Shown piece by piece: positions 11,585 through 25,213 of a DNA stretch of 64,000 nt (positions are counted from its first letter, which is position 1; each line of letters opens with the position of its first letter). The position numbers and the translations under genes were made by a program. Under the pieces are notes generated by a model. That model was not told where the DNA came from and ran no database searches. It saw nothing but the letters and a program-made list of their open reading frames with translations. Source of the stretch: Euprymna scolopes (Eukaryota). Where the stretch lies: the NCBI GenBank assembly GCA_053919585.1, contig CM132792.1; one strand, written 5' to 3'.

Positions 11585-13097
11585 TGAGTAAAATAGCAGT
11601 TTGTCTTCAATCAGTTGTGTACAATAAGTCTTGTATTATTTTTGCATTAAATAAAGCATGACTGGTGTTCAGTAAAGGCATAAAGCCAAACCAACATTTA
11701 TTGTTTTGAGATTAAATAACCCCATGTGTTAAATGATGTAAAATGTTTCAGCCAAACTAAAAGTAACTTATTAAACTCTTACAAGTGCTATTCAGCACAA
11801 GAAACTTTAAAATTATCAGTTAATATTTTGGTGAATGTATTAACCCCCCCCCCTCCCAACAACAAAAAAAAAAAAAACAAGCAAAAAAAATGAGTAAGTA
11901 AACTGTGGGAGTATGGTATTATGAGCACAAAACAGATACTACACTATCTTTCCCTTATCCAAAGAGGGAGAAGTAATTTCTGGAAAAAAGTTTAACAAAA
12001 TACTTTTTTCCCTTTTGACTTAAGCAATGAAAATTAATACATGAGTGAAATAGTAAACTGAATTGCATAGTAAAAAAACGTACAGTAGTACACTTAATAG
12101 AACTGATGGTATTGTTTCAGTTTAAGACAGGTACAAAATCTCCATAAGAAATAAATTGTCATCTCAAGTTGATTATGATAATTTAAAAAAAACAAACAAA
12201 TAGTAATCTCTCAGGAAGTTAAATCAATAGGTTTGGTTTATTGATTGAACTTTGGTAGTTTTTACATGTGGATATCACATCTCTATAACTGGCTATGTCC
12301 GTTGGTAACGCTTGATTTTAACCATGAAATCTATTAAATCTGTTAAATGCTGGCAAACAGATGCTACACGCTTGATTGCTTTTACAAGTAAAATTGTCTC
12401 CATGAAAAGAGTATATGACAAGATTCAAATTCTATCTCCTCTTAATCCAATGTTTTTTCCATTTCCTACTTGGACACATATTTCACCTTGTTTTCTTCTT
12501 TTGCCATTTGTAGACAAATATTGTTATGCTGCCAAAAGGCATCTTATTTTTTTCTAATACTTATCTAATTAGGGAAGAATTTACTCCTGTTTTGAAGGCA
12601 ATATTTCAAATGGGTTTTCCTATGTGTCAGATTAACTGTTTATTCAGGAGGAAGATATATTAATCCACTGCTTCATCATCGCCTTTCAGATCTGATAAGT
12701 ATATTTTTGATTGATGTTTCAGCTTCTTATCCCTTATACTATTTGGAACTCCTTTTTTTACAAATTGAGATAATGCGGAACCCAGAACCTCTCATCATCT
12801 GGGTCAGTTTTATGCTTACCAATAGAATCGGTACTTTTGCAGTTCATTTTTATTTGTTCAAAGCAAAAATCCATTCATCACTTTCATCATTCTAATCATT
12901 GTTCAATTTATTTTGATTTCCTTTAAAATCTCCCATAGTCGCATTTTTATATTTTACATCAAAATGTTCCAATCATTGATGATTTTAGCTTTACTCTTTC
13001 TTTTTGTTTTATTTTTTGATTTTTTATTAATATTTTTTTCTCTTTATAATCTCCACTTGTAAGTTTTCATGCAAAATCTGACCCTTCATTTTCAGAA

Positions 13098-13744
13098 TCT
13101 CTATTTTATAAAAGCAACTTTGTGTGTGTTCGTTCTGTATAGACTCTGCAATGGCTGGGCCGAGTTTTATCAAATTTCACACAAATGTATTTTATGTGTC
13201 TGGTAGTGTTCTTAGACAGGTTTTGTATTGGCACGCCTTCGATAAGTATAGATAATTGAAAAAATCCAAAACCAGGAATGGCGATTTTTGAACAAAGTTA
13301 ACACCTAACACAGCCTAACATCCCAAATACATTCGAGAAATTTTATTACCACACAAGCAGAAAGGCCCAGCATATAAAATAAACAGTAGGTCCTTTGAGA
13401 TGACAGGGATGCGTTCAAAATGAATGTTTCTGTTTAAAGCACTATTGAACCATGGTACTTGATGTTTGCATTTTAAATTATAATTCAAGCCATCATATAA
13501 AAATAATTTTTAAAAATCAACAGTAGGTTCTCTCTACAGTGCAATGTAGATTACAATGTATTGTGGACAAAGTCGCTGTGGGGAGGTATGTAAAATTTCC
13601 TCTCGAGTCCTCAACTAAAGCAGGCAATAAATCGAGTTGATTGAAAAAAAGGTCATTTCACCAATTTTGATAATAAAAATATACGAGTGTGAAACATTTG
13701 TTGATCATCATTCAATCTTTGGCAACGTTGGGTCTCTCTGCTAG
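13098..13744 (+). mobile_element. Non-autonomous Helitron
   Basis: A|TCTCTATTTTATAAAAG start; decayed hairpin GGCAACGTTGGG then CTAG|T at 13741-13745; partial second copy at 52088-52315. Confidence 0.75.
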
Positions 13745-14139
13745 TATAGATATAATTTAGGTTTGTCTACATATTTATATGTAAAGGATTCGCTCTTAAG
13801 CTAATTCATTAATCGTTACAAATTTTGAAATAGAGCTGCTAGGCGTAAAGCGTCCAGACTATATTTAGATATCAACACGCAAAATGCAAAGGGGAGTGGA
13901 AGTCCTGTAAAAATTCAGACATCAGCGATTTTTGCAAAACTTTAACAATATTAGACATAAGTTAATGTTCTCCAAATTTCAGTTTCTTTGGAGTATTGAA
14001 AAGTTTTTTGGGGAGCATTCTATTGGCACAATCTCCCATTTGAAAATAAACGCATTTCACAGTTGCATTGAATTTGATCCATAATCATTAGGCATCAATG
14101 TGTCATCCTGGGCACATTAATCTGACATGTCTTGTGTGG

Positions 14140-14960
14140 TTGACAGATCACTTTAATGAGCTGCTCAATCACTTAACTCCATGCTGAACTGGCTGAGGAG
14201 GAGTATGACTGCAACACAGTTGCACCAACAGTAAAGGAAGTACAGCAGGTTCTACATCTGTTGTGTAGTAACAAGGCTCCCGGAGAGGTTGAGATTTCTG
14301 CTGAAGTATCCAAGGCTATGTCAGTGGGGTTTGCTGAATGGGTACGTCACGTGTTTAGTGTAGCATGCATGACTGGAGTGACCCAATCATCCTAAACTTC
14401 CATAGAAAGAAGGACTGGAAATCGTGTTCAAATTACAGGCGTATTAGCCTCATCAGTGTTGTGGCTAAAACATTTGCAATTTTATTTCTGAAAAAGTTCC
14501 AGAAAGCTTGCAATCTCCATACATGCCTGACCCAGGATGTCTTCTGTCAGGAATGGTACTGTGTTGACGAAATTTTCGCATTTATCTGTATTGAGCTTGT
14601 CAAATAGACTTTGTCGATTTTGACACTGTCTTGGACCTCTAGCGCAGCATACAGTCAGATAGTGTTCCTACAAAGCTCCTTTCTCTGCTGCTACAGGTTG
14701 ACACTAACTTGAGTATGAGCATATAGTGATAAGTTCTAGACTTTTGAGGTGAAAACTGTTGTTCACAGGAATGTGCACTTTCTTCAGTTATACTATTGAC
14801 TACATCCTCGATAACGCTCTCTACGACTATCAGGGGTTGGCAGTTGGATGAGAGGTGAATGTGTCGAAGCTGGCTTATGCTGATCACCTTGTATTGATGA
14901 GGATAAGATGCAGATTTTTCTGAACAAGTTGCAGTATGCTGTATTTTGTGTAGATATGTG
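14140..14960 (+). mobile_element. Decayed LINE RT fragment (RTE-like)
   Basis: APTVKEVQQVL..NKAPG, then ORF 14365-14607 DW..II..CSNYRRISLISVVAKTFA; later FVDF and LAYADHL remnants. Confidence 0.8.
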
Positions 14961-15753
14961 TATCGATATACTGAAGACTGTAGGTTGTCCTTAGTCTCTC
15001 CAGAAGACTGGAAACCACCGTCTCTGAATGACATTGGAGAACATGGAATCATTTGTACTTCACCATTATTCCATCCAAGCAGGGTATGGCAGAAGTCGAT
15101 TATCGAGTGGAAGGCGGGGGGAGTTGTAATTTCTAGGGGTTATGATAATCTGTATTCAAAGCCCTTCTCATAAAATTGGGTGATTAGATAGGATATTATT
15201 GTACACTAGTGCTCTCTAAATATTATTTTCTCGATTATTTTATTAATAATGTGAAACCAATATAGCTGTTTTAATTGCTAGAGCTCCGTTTTAATACATT
15301 GAACTTCAAATTCTTTTAATTTTTATTATCATTATTATTAGGAGCTATCTTTAGGATACTTTCTTACTTGCTTTGTACAAATAGAAAATAATTAAAATTT
15401 TTTGCATATGGAAGATACATGCTATGTACAATCTTATTTTATCCCCCTTTTTTTATTAATTTCAAAATTAGATTTTTCTGTTATTTTGTTTCCCTTATAT
15501 CTTGGTTTGCATTCTATAATTTTGGGCGCCTATCCATTTGTGAATTTTAATCAACTCCTATTGACTGCCAATCATCTCGGCTTTACCCTTTCACCAATAA
15601 TAGATACAATATTGATTTATGTCCAACTTCTCTCTCTTGGCTAAAAGTATGTTTCTGCTGTCTTCCAAGTTGATCTGAGACCTTCTATTGCTAAGACTAA
15701 ATGGAGCCAATTTCTGATAATTTATTTTATTGTTTGATATTTCTGTTTTACTC

Positions 15754-15789
<36 letters not shown>

Positions 15790-17274
15790 CTAGATCTGTG
15801 CTCTATCTTGAAAATATTTTGAATTCACCTTTCTTCAAAACACTATTTTCAAATAGACTTACACTTGAATGCACCGTGCTGTCAAAAGTTCAGGATGCAA
15901 ATTGATTTTGTTAGAATGCTCAACTCATTAAATTATCCTTTACCTTCTGAGAATAGAATGGAAACCAATTTAAGGCAACATGTCTGAGAGGCCAAAACAT
16001 TCTAATCCGTTATTCTAATTGGTTGATTTTGAAAGTGTGAATGGAAAGGTAAATATTTTCTAACTTTTGTTCACTCTCTGTCAAAATATATGAGATAAGA
16101 AATAATTATGCTTTGGCAGTGTTTATACCTGCTATTCAACTAGATATATTAGTAAAATATTTATATAAAATTATAGAATTACGTTAGTAATTTAAATTTT
16201 TAGACATAAATTCTCATTTCTGATCTAAAGAAAATTTATTTTAAAGTGAGGAATTTCCTTTTGAATTAATTTCATGCAGTGAAGTGGCTTTTTTGGTTCC
16301 CGTGATCATTTGAAAATAATTTATAATTTAAAAAATTTTGTTTGCTTTCACTTCATATGTAGTTCTTTGTAAATTTTACTAACAAACACAAATAATGTAT
16401 TCAAAATATATATTTTTAAGTAAGCATTTTTTTTGTATACGATTTGCTGCTATGTTTACATATTCCGCCCCCCCCCCCACCAAATCGTTACTTATCAAGG
16501 CTAAAAACAACTGAAGGATAAAGGTTAATTAGATGAATAAATTGACGGTTGCATGATGTATATTATGAGAGGATTTTAAATTCCTATAGGTACATATAAA
16601 ATGTAAAAGTTCTTTATTCTTTAGTTAAAAAATGTTTATAATACTCCCGTTACATTAAAATAATTTCCATTTTTTTTTGTTTACACATCAAACATTTTAA
16701 TGTAGAATGTATTTTTTATTACCCATATAAATGTTGAAGCGTTAAAATAACTTTTTTTTTTTATATGTATATGATTTTATCATAGTTGTTGTGACAGTCT
16801 CATAAAAGCTAGAGCCTTTCTTTGATTGGCTCAATGGTGATACATCATGTCAATTCAGTCCTTTTTATTTTGATGCTTTCTTGGCTTGATTGCATATTTT
16901 TCATCTCTCTTTATCTTTTGTTATAAGCTTTTGTGGCATCATTTCGATAGAGCATTGGTCATTTTCCAAAAGCTCCCCACTCATGTTGCAGCTGTCTCTG
17001 ACCATGTCTTTTGTTGTAAATGTTCAACAATTCAAAAATATTGTTAGCTCTGACTACTCGGTGTTGCTCAGGAATCTTTTACGATTTGTTTTTGTAGTTT
17101 TTGTTTAAATTGTGACATTTCACGAATACAAAGAAACTTGCAATCATTTTTTTTTTTTTTTTTTGGAAAGCATACGAGTAATGCCAAAGCTCATTTTAAC
17201 TAAAAATATTTTGTAAAAAAAAAAAAAAAGGTAAAGCTAAAAATTGAAATTGTTAAAGAAAATAAAAGCAATAC

Positions 17275-17345
17275 TTTTTTTTTTTTTACACGGTGGTCAC
17301 CACTTATCAAGGCTCGGAAGCCACTCAGGGATGACCTGACAAACC
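17275..17345 (-). mobile_element. Short 3' tail of the CR1-group family
   Basis: Poly(T) then GTCACCACTTATCAAGGC..CCACTCAGGGATGA, the diverged reverse complement of tails at about 8900-8950 and 38630-38685; another remnant near 16485-16525. Confidence 0.5.
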
Positions 17346-18280
17346 TGAATGTAAAAAGACTCCTGGGCAATGCTCGGTAGTAGCATGTTCTTGTTCTCAT
17401 TTAATTGAAATATCAAAAAGAAGAAAAGAGTAAAAGAATCGGTGAGATTGATCTAAAATATTCTTTCTCTCTAAAAGAAAGCTATAACAGAGTATAATAA
17501 AATGTGCAAACATTAAACTTAAAACCAGAATGTAATGTGTAAAAAGTTTTAAAGCACAAGTTTTGTGTCTTTTTCACAAACGAAATAAAATGCCGTTTTT
17601 TATGCAATGAGAATGAAAGAAAAACTAGCAACCTGTGTAATTAAAACAGCCTTATTTTCGATTTCATTCTTATCTCTTAGTGTAGTTTTTCTCAGTGTAG
17701 TTTTAAGTGTTTACATCTAACTTTTTCACTATTAAAAATAAATTGTCTAGCGACCATTTTACTTTTTAAAGTCTATAAAATTGAACTTTTTATGCTTGAT
17801 TATTGCCAGTTGCTGCCATTTTCTTTTCAATAAAAAATGGTCTAATATTACTTTTGTCAGTGAAAACTTCCCCATTGGCCATTGCTAGTAATGGAAGTAA
17901 GTTTTATAAGAGTGAGGATAATAAAATAAATGTAAGCTTATAACTTAAGTTAAATTTTGCAGTGAACAAAAGAAATAAAATGAAAATGTCTTTGTCTCTG
18001 AAAGTTGAAGAAGGTGATCTTTGAATCTTTGTACATTTATTTTATTTACAACATTAATACTGTTGAAAATTATATACTCACTTCCTTCAGCTGCGTTCAA
18101 TTTATCATATTCAACAAATTGTTTTCAATAGTATTGTGTTTCACCATATACTGCCATAAAACTGTTGTTTTGGGGAGAATGCATTACTATTAATTTGCCA
18201 CCTTATTAACAATAAACTTAATAAAATAAAATTAAAAAATTTTTTTTGAGAGAATTCAGTTTCCTATTACATGTATCATA

Positions 18281-18630
18281 CAAGGGTCGTTCCAAAAGTA
18301 AAGCCTCCTATTTTTTACTTAAAGTTGGAGAGCTACGAAGACAGGAGTAATACTATTAAAACGAGCGACCATTTGTGCTCGATAATGTATTTTTTACATA
18401 GGTACCACCATTCGTAATGCACATTTTTTTGTTAGGAATTCAATGATGCATCTTTGCTTCTGATGATCTTTGCTTTCTTAATCTCTCATCATCAATATCT
18501 ACAACAGGCAGATGAAACTTTTAGATCATGAATGCATAAGTTCAATCATTATAACAATGCAGTTTGCAATCTCCACTGATTCATATGGGCAGAATAAAAA
18601 AAAAGAAAAAAAAAAGAGGCATTACCTCTT
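18281..18630 (-). mobile_element. Mariner-derived MITE (inverted relative to 21888-22249)
   Basis: TA|CAAGGGTCGTTCCAAAAGTAA terminus. Internal AGATCATGAATGCATAAGTTCA is the reverse complement of 21978-21999. Confidence 0.7.
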
Positions 18631-19889
18631 TGTAAAACAGATACTGATGTTATCATCATTGATTTAACCTCGGTTTCACATGCTTGCATATGTTGAACAT
18701 CTTTTAGAAACTGACTTCCAAACTAATAGATCTTTTTATTTTTTATTTTTTTCTCAACTTACTTATCACTTTCTCCCATATTTTCTTTGGCCTTTTCCTG
18801 CAAATTGATCTTGCTATCTAAATTGTTCTCCATCTACTAACCCAAGAACTCTTACGGCACGAATCAATTCTTAACGTTTCTTTTTCTTACGATTGTTAGG
18901 TTATTGAACCGTAAAAATAATAAAAAAAACTAAAACTGAAGTTGAGATGAATGACACCATTTTAAATGTTCAGTTTATCCACAATGGGTTCACTTGGTTT
19001 ATCAGTTTTTTCATTCTTTCTGTAGATTATTTAGTGTGAAATGCGATACTTGTTTGTAATGAGCTGCTGTGGGTGGAAATTCATACCTTTCCTAAAAGTA
19101 TTAGAATGGTATTTGAGATTGTTATACTTTCAATGACATAAGACATATGTATAAATCAACAGAATTTATTCGTCAGAATCAATATACAAAGGAAAGGTTA
19201 GCAATACACTTAAGTGCTGATCTAAACAGACTGCTTTCTGCTGTCAACTAGTTTAGCTTATATTGCATTGGTTTTGTCCATCATTTTGGGGGTGGTCGTA
19301 CTATACTGCAACAAAAAATTACTTGTGGATTTCATAGTCTACTTTTGTATCTATTATGCCAGTTAAGAAACCTTCACATTAACTTGGAAAGTAAAATAAT
19401 TTCGTTTATCTTGAAATTTAAAAAAAATTCAGCTTTAAATTACTCTTGAAAGTTTGCCATGAATAAAATGGACTGCCCCTTTTCATCTTGTTGATGTCTC
19501 ATTTTCAAAATAAGATTGATCGCTTGGTAACAAAAAGTCTTATTTAATTTTTGTTCACCTGTTAATGCTAATTCTACTTCTGAGTTTGCACTTCTCCAAC
19601 CTTTAAACTGCATTAAGATGTGCAATTAACATGCTCTACCGCACAATTGTCTACATTGAAATGTGTAGTATTTTTTAAAACACTTTTGCATTCGTCTCTA
19701 CTTTGATGTTCCCTTGAAAGTTGCTTATTATATGTTCTGGTTGTTGTTAAGCATGCTCTCTTAATGGCAACTGTCTTTTCCTGCATTAAAACATGCACAA
19801 CAATAATTTATAGATTAATCTGTTATATGAAGGGCAGTTGTGTCCAACCACCTCATGAACTACCAAAGATACACTTAGAAACCTTTCTT

Positions 19890-20155
19890 TAGCACCAAAG
19901 CCAGCAGAATCTAGGCCGTTGTTGAAATGATGTATTCTTTATTAACTGACATGTCTCTGGTTCTCTACAGGTCTAGGAGATCCACCCTCCCAGGCTTTGC
20001 CTTTCCCTTTGATTGCTAATTGCCTGAGAAGCTCTTGCCAGGAAATGCTAATATGGATGCCAGGCATTTTTTGCAGGCCAGAGTGCTCTTCTAGGACACT
20101 AACATTTCAAACTCCACTTTTTAGCTATTGTCACATAGTCCTGCAATAGGAGGGA
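19890..20155 (-). repeat. Unclassified ~280 bp interspersed repeat, copy 2
   Basis: Reverse-complement similarity to 4291-4580 (CTCCCAGGCTTTGCCTTT, GTGCTCTTC). Confidence 0.7.
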
Positions 20156-20479
20156 GATAAATAAAATACTGTAATATTCATTTGGTGTCACCAGGTCCCA
20201 AATTAATGATTTGGGGTAGAAATCAATGCCTTTTATATTCAAGAAAAAAAAAATCAGTTATGTCTTTCTTCCTAAAAATATGAAAATGATGCCCAAAACT
20301 GGCTGTATTATGATAACCAACATCTTACATTCTTTCAGTTTTTTCCTTTTTTTTTGTGTATGAATGGAAGATGGAGGAGAGAAAGAAATATTTTTCTGCT
20401 TCCTCATAAATTCAACCTTAATAGGTTATGTACCTAAAAGGGGTGTTTATGGTTAGTAAGAAATTGCTTATTTGAATCC

Positions 20480-20720
20480 TAGTTAAGGCTGGTTTTTAAT
20501 ATGGGCAAAATCCAGCCTTCCAAAATGGGGCACTCTTGATAAGAACAAAAATTACTTGAATTATTATATTGATGCTCTCTCATGAATGAGAGGGAGGGTT
20601 AGATGACAGACGATACTTTTTCTCCCTCTTAAAGAAATGACCAAAGGGGGTAATTGTTTCCCTTCCTCCGAAATGTCTTGGAGGATGGCCTCCTGAGGCA
20701 GAACAGATACTATTCTAAAT
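20480..20720 (+). repeat. Unclassified interspersed repeat
   Basis: GGTTTTTAAT..GG.AAAATCCAGC..GCACTCTTGATA.GAACAAAAAT and GAACAGATACTAT are shared with 53265-53420. Confidence 0.65.
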
Positions 20721-21887
20721 CAAATAGTTGTCTGCTTGCTGAAAATTACATCTAAACGTAAACATTTTGTTGTACAGAACTTCACTGGTTTTTTTAATCT
20801 AAATATGAAACAGTAAAAAAGGAAAACGGTTTATTTTAAACTGGTCTATTGCAAAGTTGGTATTAAATGTTTTTTGTTATTTTGTTTTTTTACCAAAATG
20901 AACCATTTAGAACCTTTCTATAAAAATGAAGTAATTAGTAAATTTTTCTTATTATTTTGCTTATCATGATATCAAGTTGGCATTTACACTGCCATGCCAC
21001 TGGGAGATGCCAGAAGTGAGTGGTAGACAACAAATCCTTTGTTTTTAGAATTAAAAATGTTTCTTGATTTTATTCACTCGAGGAAGAGATGGAGATGTAT
21101 TAAAAAAATACAAATGACAAGATTGTATTATGTTTGGATGTCAGAAGAAGTAGATATGACTATAACAGAAAAAAACTCTCCATTCTTCCTTGAAAAATAT
21201 ATTGGTTAAGACTAAATATTAAAATACTAAAATCTATCCAACGTATACATTTTATAACAACACAAACCAATATTTTTATTTGACTAATGAAACCGATTTA
21301 ATTATGTAGCTTGTATTAAAAGAATATTGACCCCAAATATCCTGGGGGAATCTTTATTTTAAATATAGGATAAAATAATGAAACCTCATTTCAATATTTA
21401 GTTAGAAATGAATTTTAGTAATCTTAATTCTAAATTTGCATATTTCTAATACTATTTTTAATTTAGTGTATGTGAAATAAATAATAAAAGAAATTAAATT
21501 GCAAATATTCTTCCTGAAATATTCCGTTACTAGAGAAATAGAAATTGTTTATATATTTTTTATATTTTTTTCACTAAGATTTCTTATATTAACAATTAAA
21601 TAATGCTTAATCACTTGTATTATTCTTAAATAGATCCATGGCAACACCAGTTGGCTTTGCTAGTTAAAAAAGAAAGAAAAGGATTATTGTGTAAATAACA
21701 CATTAATTTGCTTACTTAAAAACTACAATTGTCTAATGTAATATTTCTCACTAAGACAACTGATAGCAAGCTTATAACTGGAGATTAGTTACTTTAATCC
21801 TGATGGAATGTTAATGGATTTCAGAAATCAATTAATCATATTCTTTTATGCTAAATGAATATTTATGTGTGCAGTCTCTCACTAATA

Positions 21888-22249
21888 GGACGGGCGTTCC
21901 ATAAGTAATGTTTCCTATTATCTTTTATTCCATCTAAATGAATCCGTGGGGATTGCAAATTGCACTGTTATGATGACTGAACTTATGCATTCATGATCTG
22001 AAAGTGTCATCTCCCTGTTGCAGATATTGACAGTGTGAGACTCTAAGGGACCAATTCCTGTCATGAACATTTGTCAGAAGCAGATGTGTTATTGAATTCC
22101 TGGAAAAAGTACATTAAGAATGATGTTAACTATGTAGAAAAATAAATTATGGAGCACAAAAGTTTTAATCGTACCAATCCTAGTACCATTAAAAGCTCTC
22201 AAGTTTTTTAGTTTAAAAAAAATCAGTCTTACCTTTGGAATTACTCTCG
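21888..22249 (+). mobile_element. Mariner-derived MITE, about 360 bp
   Basis: Imperfect TIRs TA|GGACGGGCGTTCCATAAGTAA and TTACCTTTGGAATTACTCTCG|TA; TA flanks. Confidence 0.7.
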
Positions 22250-22773
22250 TAATGGCTTCTATTGAAATTAAAGCTCTGTATCATGATCAATCGACTTTTT
22301 GTATTAAAATTTTTTGCAAGAAATGGTTTATTTAATCCTTTCTTTTAGTTTTCTTTACCATTCATGACTATAAAAGTTGATCTTATTATATGACGTGTTT
22401 GCATGAGGTTGGGTTCAAATCCAAAGACTAATATAGCATATTAACATTTTCTCTTTTTTATTTTCCATACTAAATGCATTCTTTTTGCTTGTCACTCACT
22501 ACGTTGTTGTCATTTATGACTTTAAATATAGTGAGGGGAGAACCATATAGAACACACTACAATTATTGTAATTTTTTTTATACAATCAAACCTGTGATTA
22601 AGTAATGGACGGTTTTAAATAAAACCCTTTGTTATTTTCATCAAGTGTGCTAGAAACTAATGAATGGTCGCTTTACCTCAACATCAGATTGAGAAGATTA
22701 CCGAAAAGGAATGCTCAATAGATTTACAATTTTAGTTTCATTGAATATTAGTATTGTGATATTTATTTATTTA

Positions 22774-23122
22774 CAAGTTAGAAAAGCATTTCATCCAAGG
22801 CATGAAAATTGTTAAACAAAATGTTTTTACTATAGTCTTTAAAAAAAAATCATAAAATTTTTTATATCTATATCATTAATTGCTAGATGAAAGATAATGT
22901 TTTTAAATTGCAACAAAATGTACATTACATAAAATAAATCCAAGGTAATTTTTTGATTCAATTTAAATTAAATTTTTATACCTTACTTTGTAAAATTTAT
23001 AAAAGTGCACTTTGAAGATAAGTAAATTTCAAATTGAATTTTGTACCTTTATTTTTAAAGCCTATAGTAAAACAGTTTGTTTAACAATTATCATGCCTTG
23101 GATGAAATGCTTTTCTAACTTG
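22774..23122. mobile_element. MITE/fold-back element with about 70 bp terminal inverted repeats
   Basis: CAAGTTAGAAAAGCATTTCATCCAAGGCATGA(A/T)AATTGTTAAACAAA.. occurs inverted at both ends with few mismatches; TA on each side. Confidence 0.85.
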
Positions 23123-23584
23123 TATTTTTTTAAGATTATATTTTAAAACTCTCCTTCTCTCTATTTCAGTTTGTATTTCTCCTCACACCACAACTCATTT
23201 TTTTTGCAACCCCTTTTTGTAATACAGGTCTGAATAATGAGAAAATCTGAATTTTTTTTTTTAACAAAAACTTTAAAAATAACTTTTTTAGATTAAATTT
23301 TTTTAAAACTTCTTTCAGAATAGAAAATCTTTAAAATTTAATAAGGAACATATTTCATATAGGTTTCATTAACAAATATTCAGTACATAACGAGAAAAAT
23401 AGAGATGAAAATTTCAAAAGGACTGTATAACTGGTTACGGTCAATAGTAGTCCTCGCCAGCGAAAGTCTTTGTTATTCCATTATTATTTAAAACATTTTG
23501 TGTCCTGCTCTTTTGCGCGAGGACTAATTTTTTTTTTCTTTTTGAAAAGTTAAAAATCTAGGCTTGTTTCTTTAAACATGCATA

Positions 23585-24262
23585 TCTCTATATAAATAAA
23601 ATGAACTCATTTTTTCCCGTCTGATTTTGACATTAATAGGATTAAAAATCAAGATATTTCATGCAAATATAATATGCACAAACGGCAGAACAATATCTGA
23701 GGTGTGTTATAGGCTTATTATTTCTCAAATTCCTCGATAATCTTAGATTTCTATACTTTTTCTGCTGAGAAGTCACGGCCAAAATCGGTTAAGATCAATG
23801 GAAGTGGTAAAATATTTTTTCTCTAATAAATTCCTCCCCCCCCTGCCACCACTTAACACCGTTTGGGGATCGTTCACAAGGAACAGTTGAGAAGAGAACA
23901 CCGGTTTAGCTTCGTAGTTCTTTCATGTGAAGTTATTTAAAATCACTAAACTAAGCTGCAGTGCTCTGTGGCGTAGTGGTTAGCGTGCTGGACAATTCAC
24001 ATTATATTTTCACGTTCGCGCCGACCTACCGTAGTCGTTTTTTTTTTTTTTTTTCCTAAACAACTGGAATGGACTTTTCTTGGTGGCCGAACTGTTAACG
24101 TTGCAGATGTTTTTTTTGGTTTTTTTTTCACACTTTATTTTCCTACTTTTACTCATGACTCCGGGTTTGATCCTTCCTACTTACCTACCATAACATTTTT
24201 TAAAACTCCCCCCCCCCCATCCCGGAAACAAACACTCGGGCAACGCCGGGTACCCCCGCTAG
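23585..24262 (+). mobile_element. Non-autonomous Helitron carrying a tRNA-like segment
   Basis: A|TCTCTATATAAATAAA start; CTCGGGCAACGCCGGG hairpin (24235-24250); CTAG|T at 24259-24263. Confidence 0.85.
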
Positions 24263-25213
24263 TTGAATAATAATTTAAGATTAATTATTAGCTTTAATAT
24301 TTTCATCATTGTTAATCATGGTGGGGGAAAAAAAAAAACTTTGAAAATTTTAATGGTTGAAATTTTTAAAGATGTATAATTAAAAACAATCCTTAAATTG
24401 CTGTTAAATATTTTTATGTTTTGAGATTGTTTGGAAATAGAAAAATTAGGAACAAATATTTAGTAAAGGTTTTCTTGATTTTTTTTTTTTTTTTTTTTTT
24501 CATTCTGAAAACAAAGTATTTCAATACTCAATATTACTGATATGACTGTGTCCATGGAATATGTTATTTGCTCTTGTCACCAATCAAGCTGCTGCCTCCT
24601 CTCCATTTAAAATTTTTAAAAACTTTTACTTAATGTAGTCGTTGTGCAAAAAAGAGTATACATATAGATGTGAGTGTAGAAACCTTTGTTTCACAATTCT
24701 TCTGTAAGTCTTTGAAAATGTGTGTGTGTTCATAATGATGTATAATTTGTTGAGCAATGACTGATGGTAACTGTTCCCCAGTTTGCCTGAAGTCATAGGA
24801 GATTATATGATCTTCCATTTGATCTGAAATGGAATGCTTTCTTCTCAGAAGACCTGAAGACTCCTCTTCCTTATTAAATCTCTAAGGACAGTGTCTACTG
24901 ATTATATGTACTATACACAAAAATGAAAACAAAAACTCATTACTTGAAATATTTCAGTAATTCATTGTCTTTCACACATGAAAAAGATTAATGAAGATAG
25001 GACAGGAAATATTCCATTTATGATTCTAGAATGATATTTTTAGCTTTCGTGTGTGCAATTACAAATGATTCTCATGTCATGTGTGCTACATTTATATTCT
25101 ACTTAAAAAGAAATAGGATTAAAAATATTTTCTTGGTCTTTAAGTTATTTGATAGTTAATCGCAAAACTCTTGAATATAAGTGCTTGTACCGAGATGAAC
25201 TTTATAATTTTTA

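Noticed and set aside
23965-24030. Functional tRNA gene
   Set aside because: Anticodon arm, T arm and acceptor stem do not pair; treated as a tRNA-derived fragment.
24630-24882. Open frame of about 84 codons on - with possible splice sites
   Set aside because: A few frames this long are expected by chance in 64 kb; the donor is weak and no domain is recognised.
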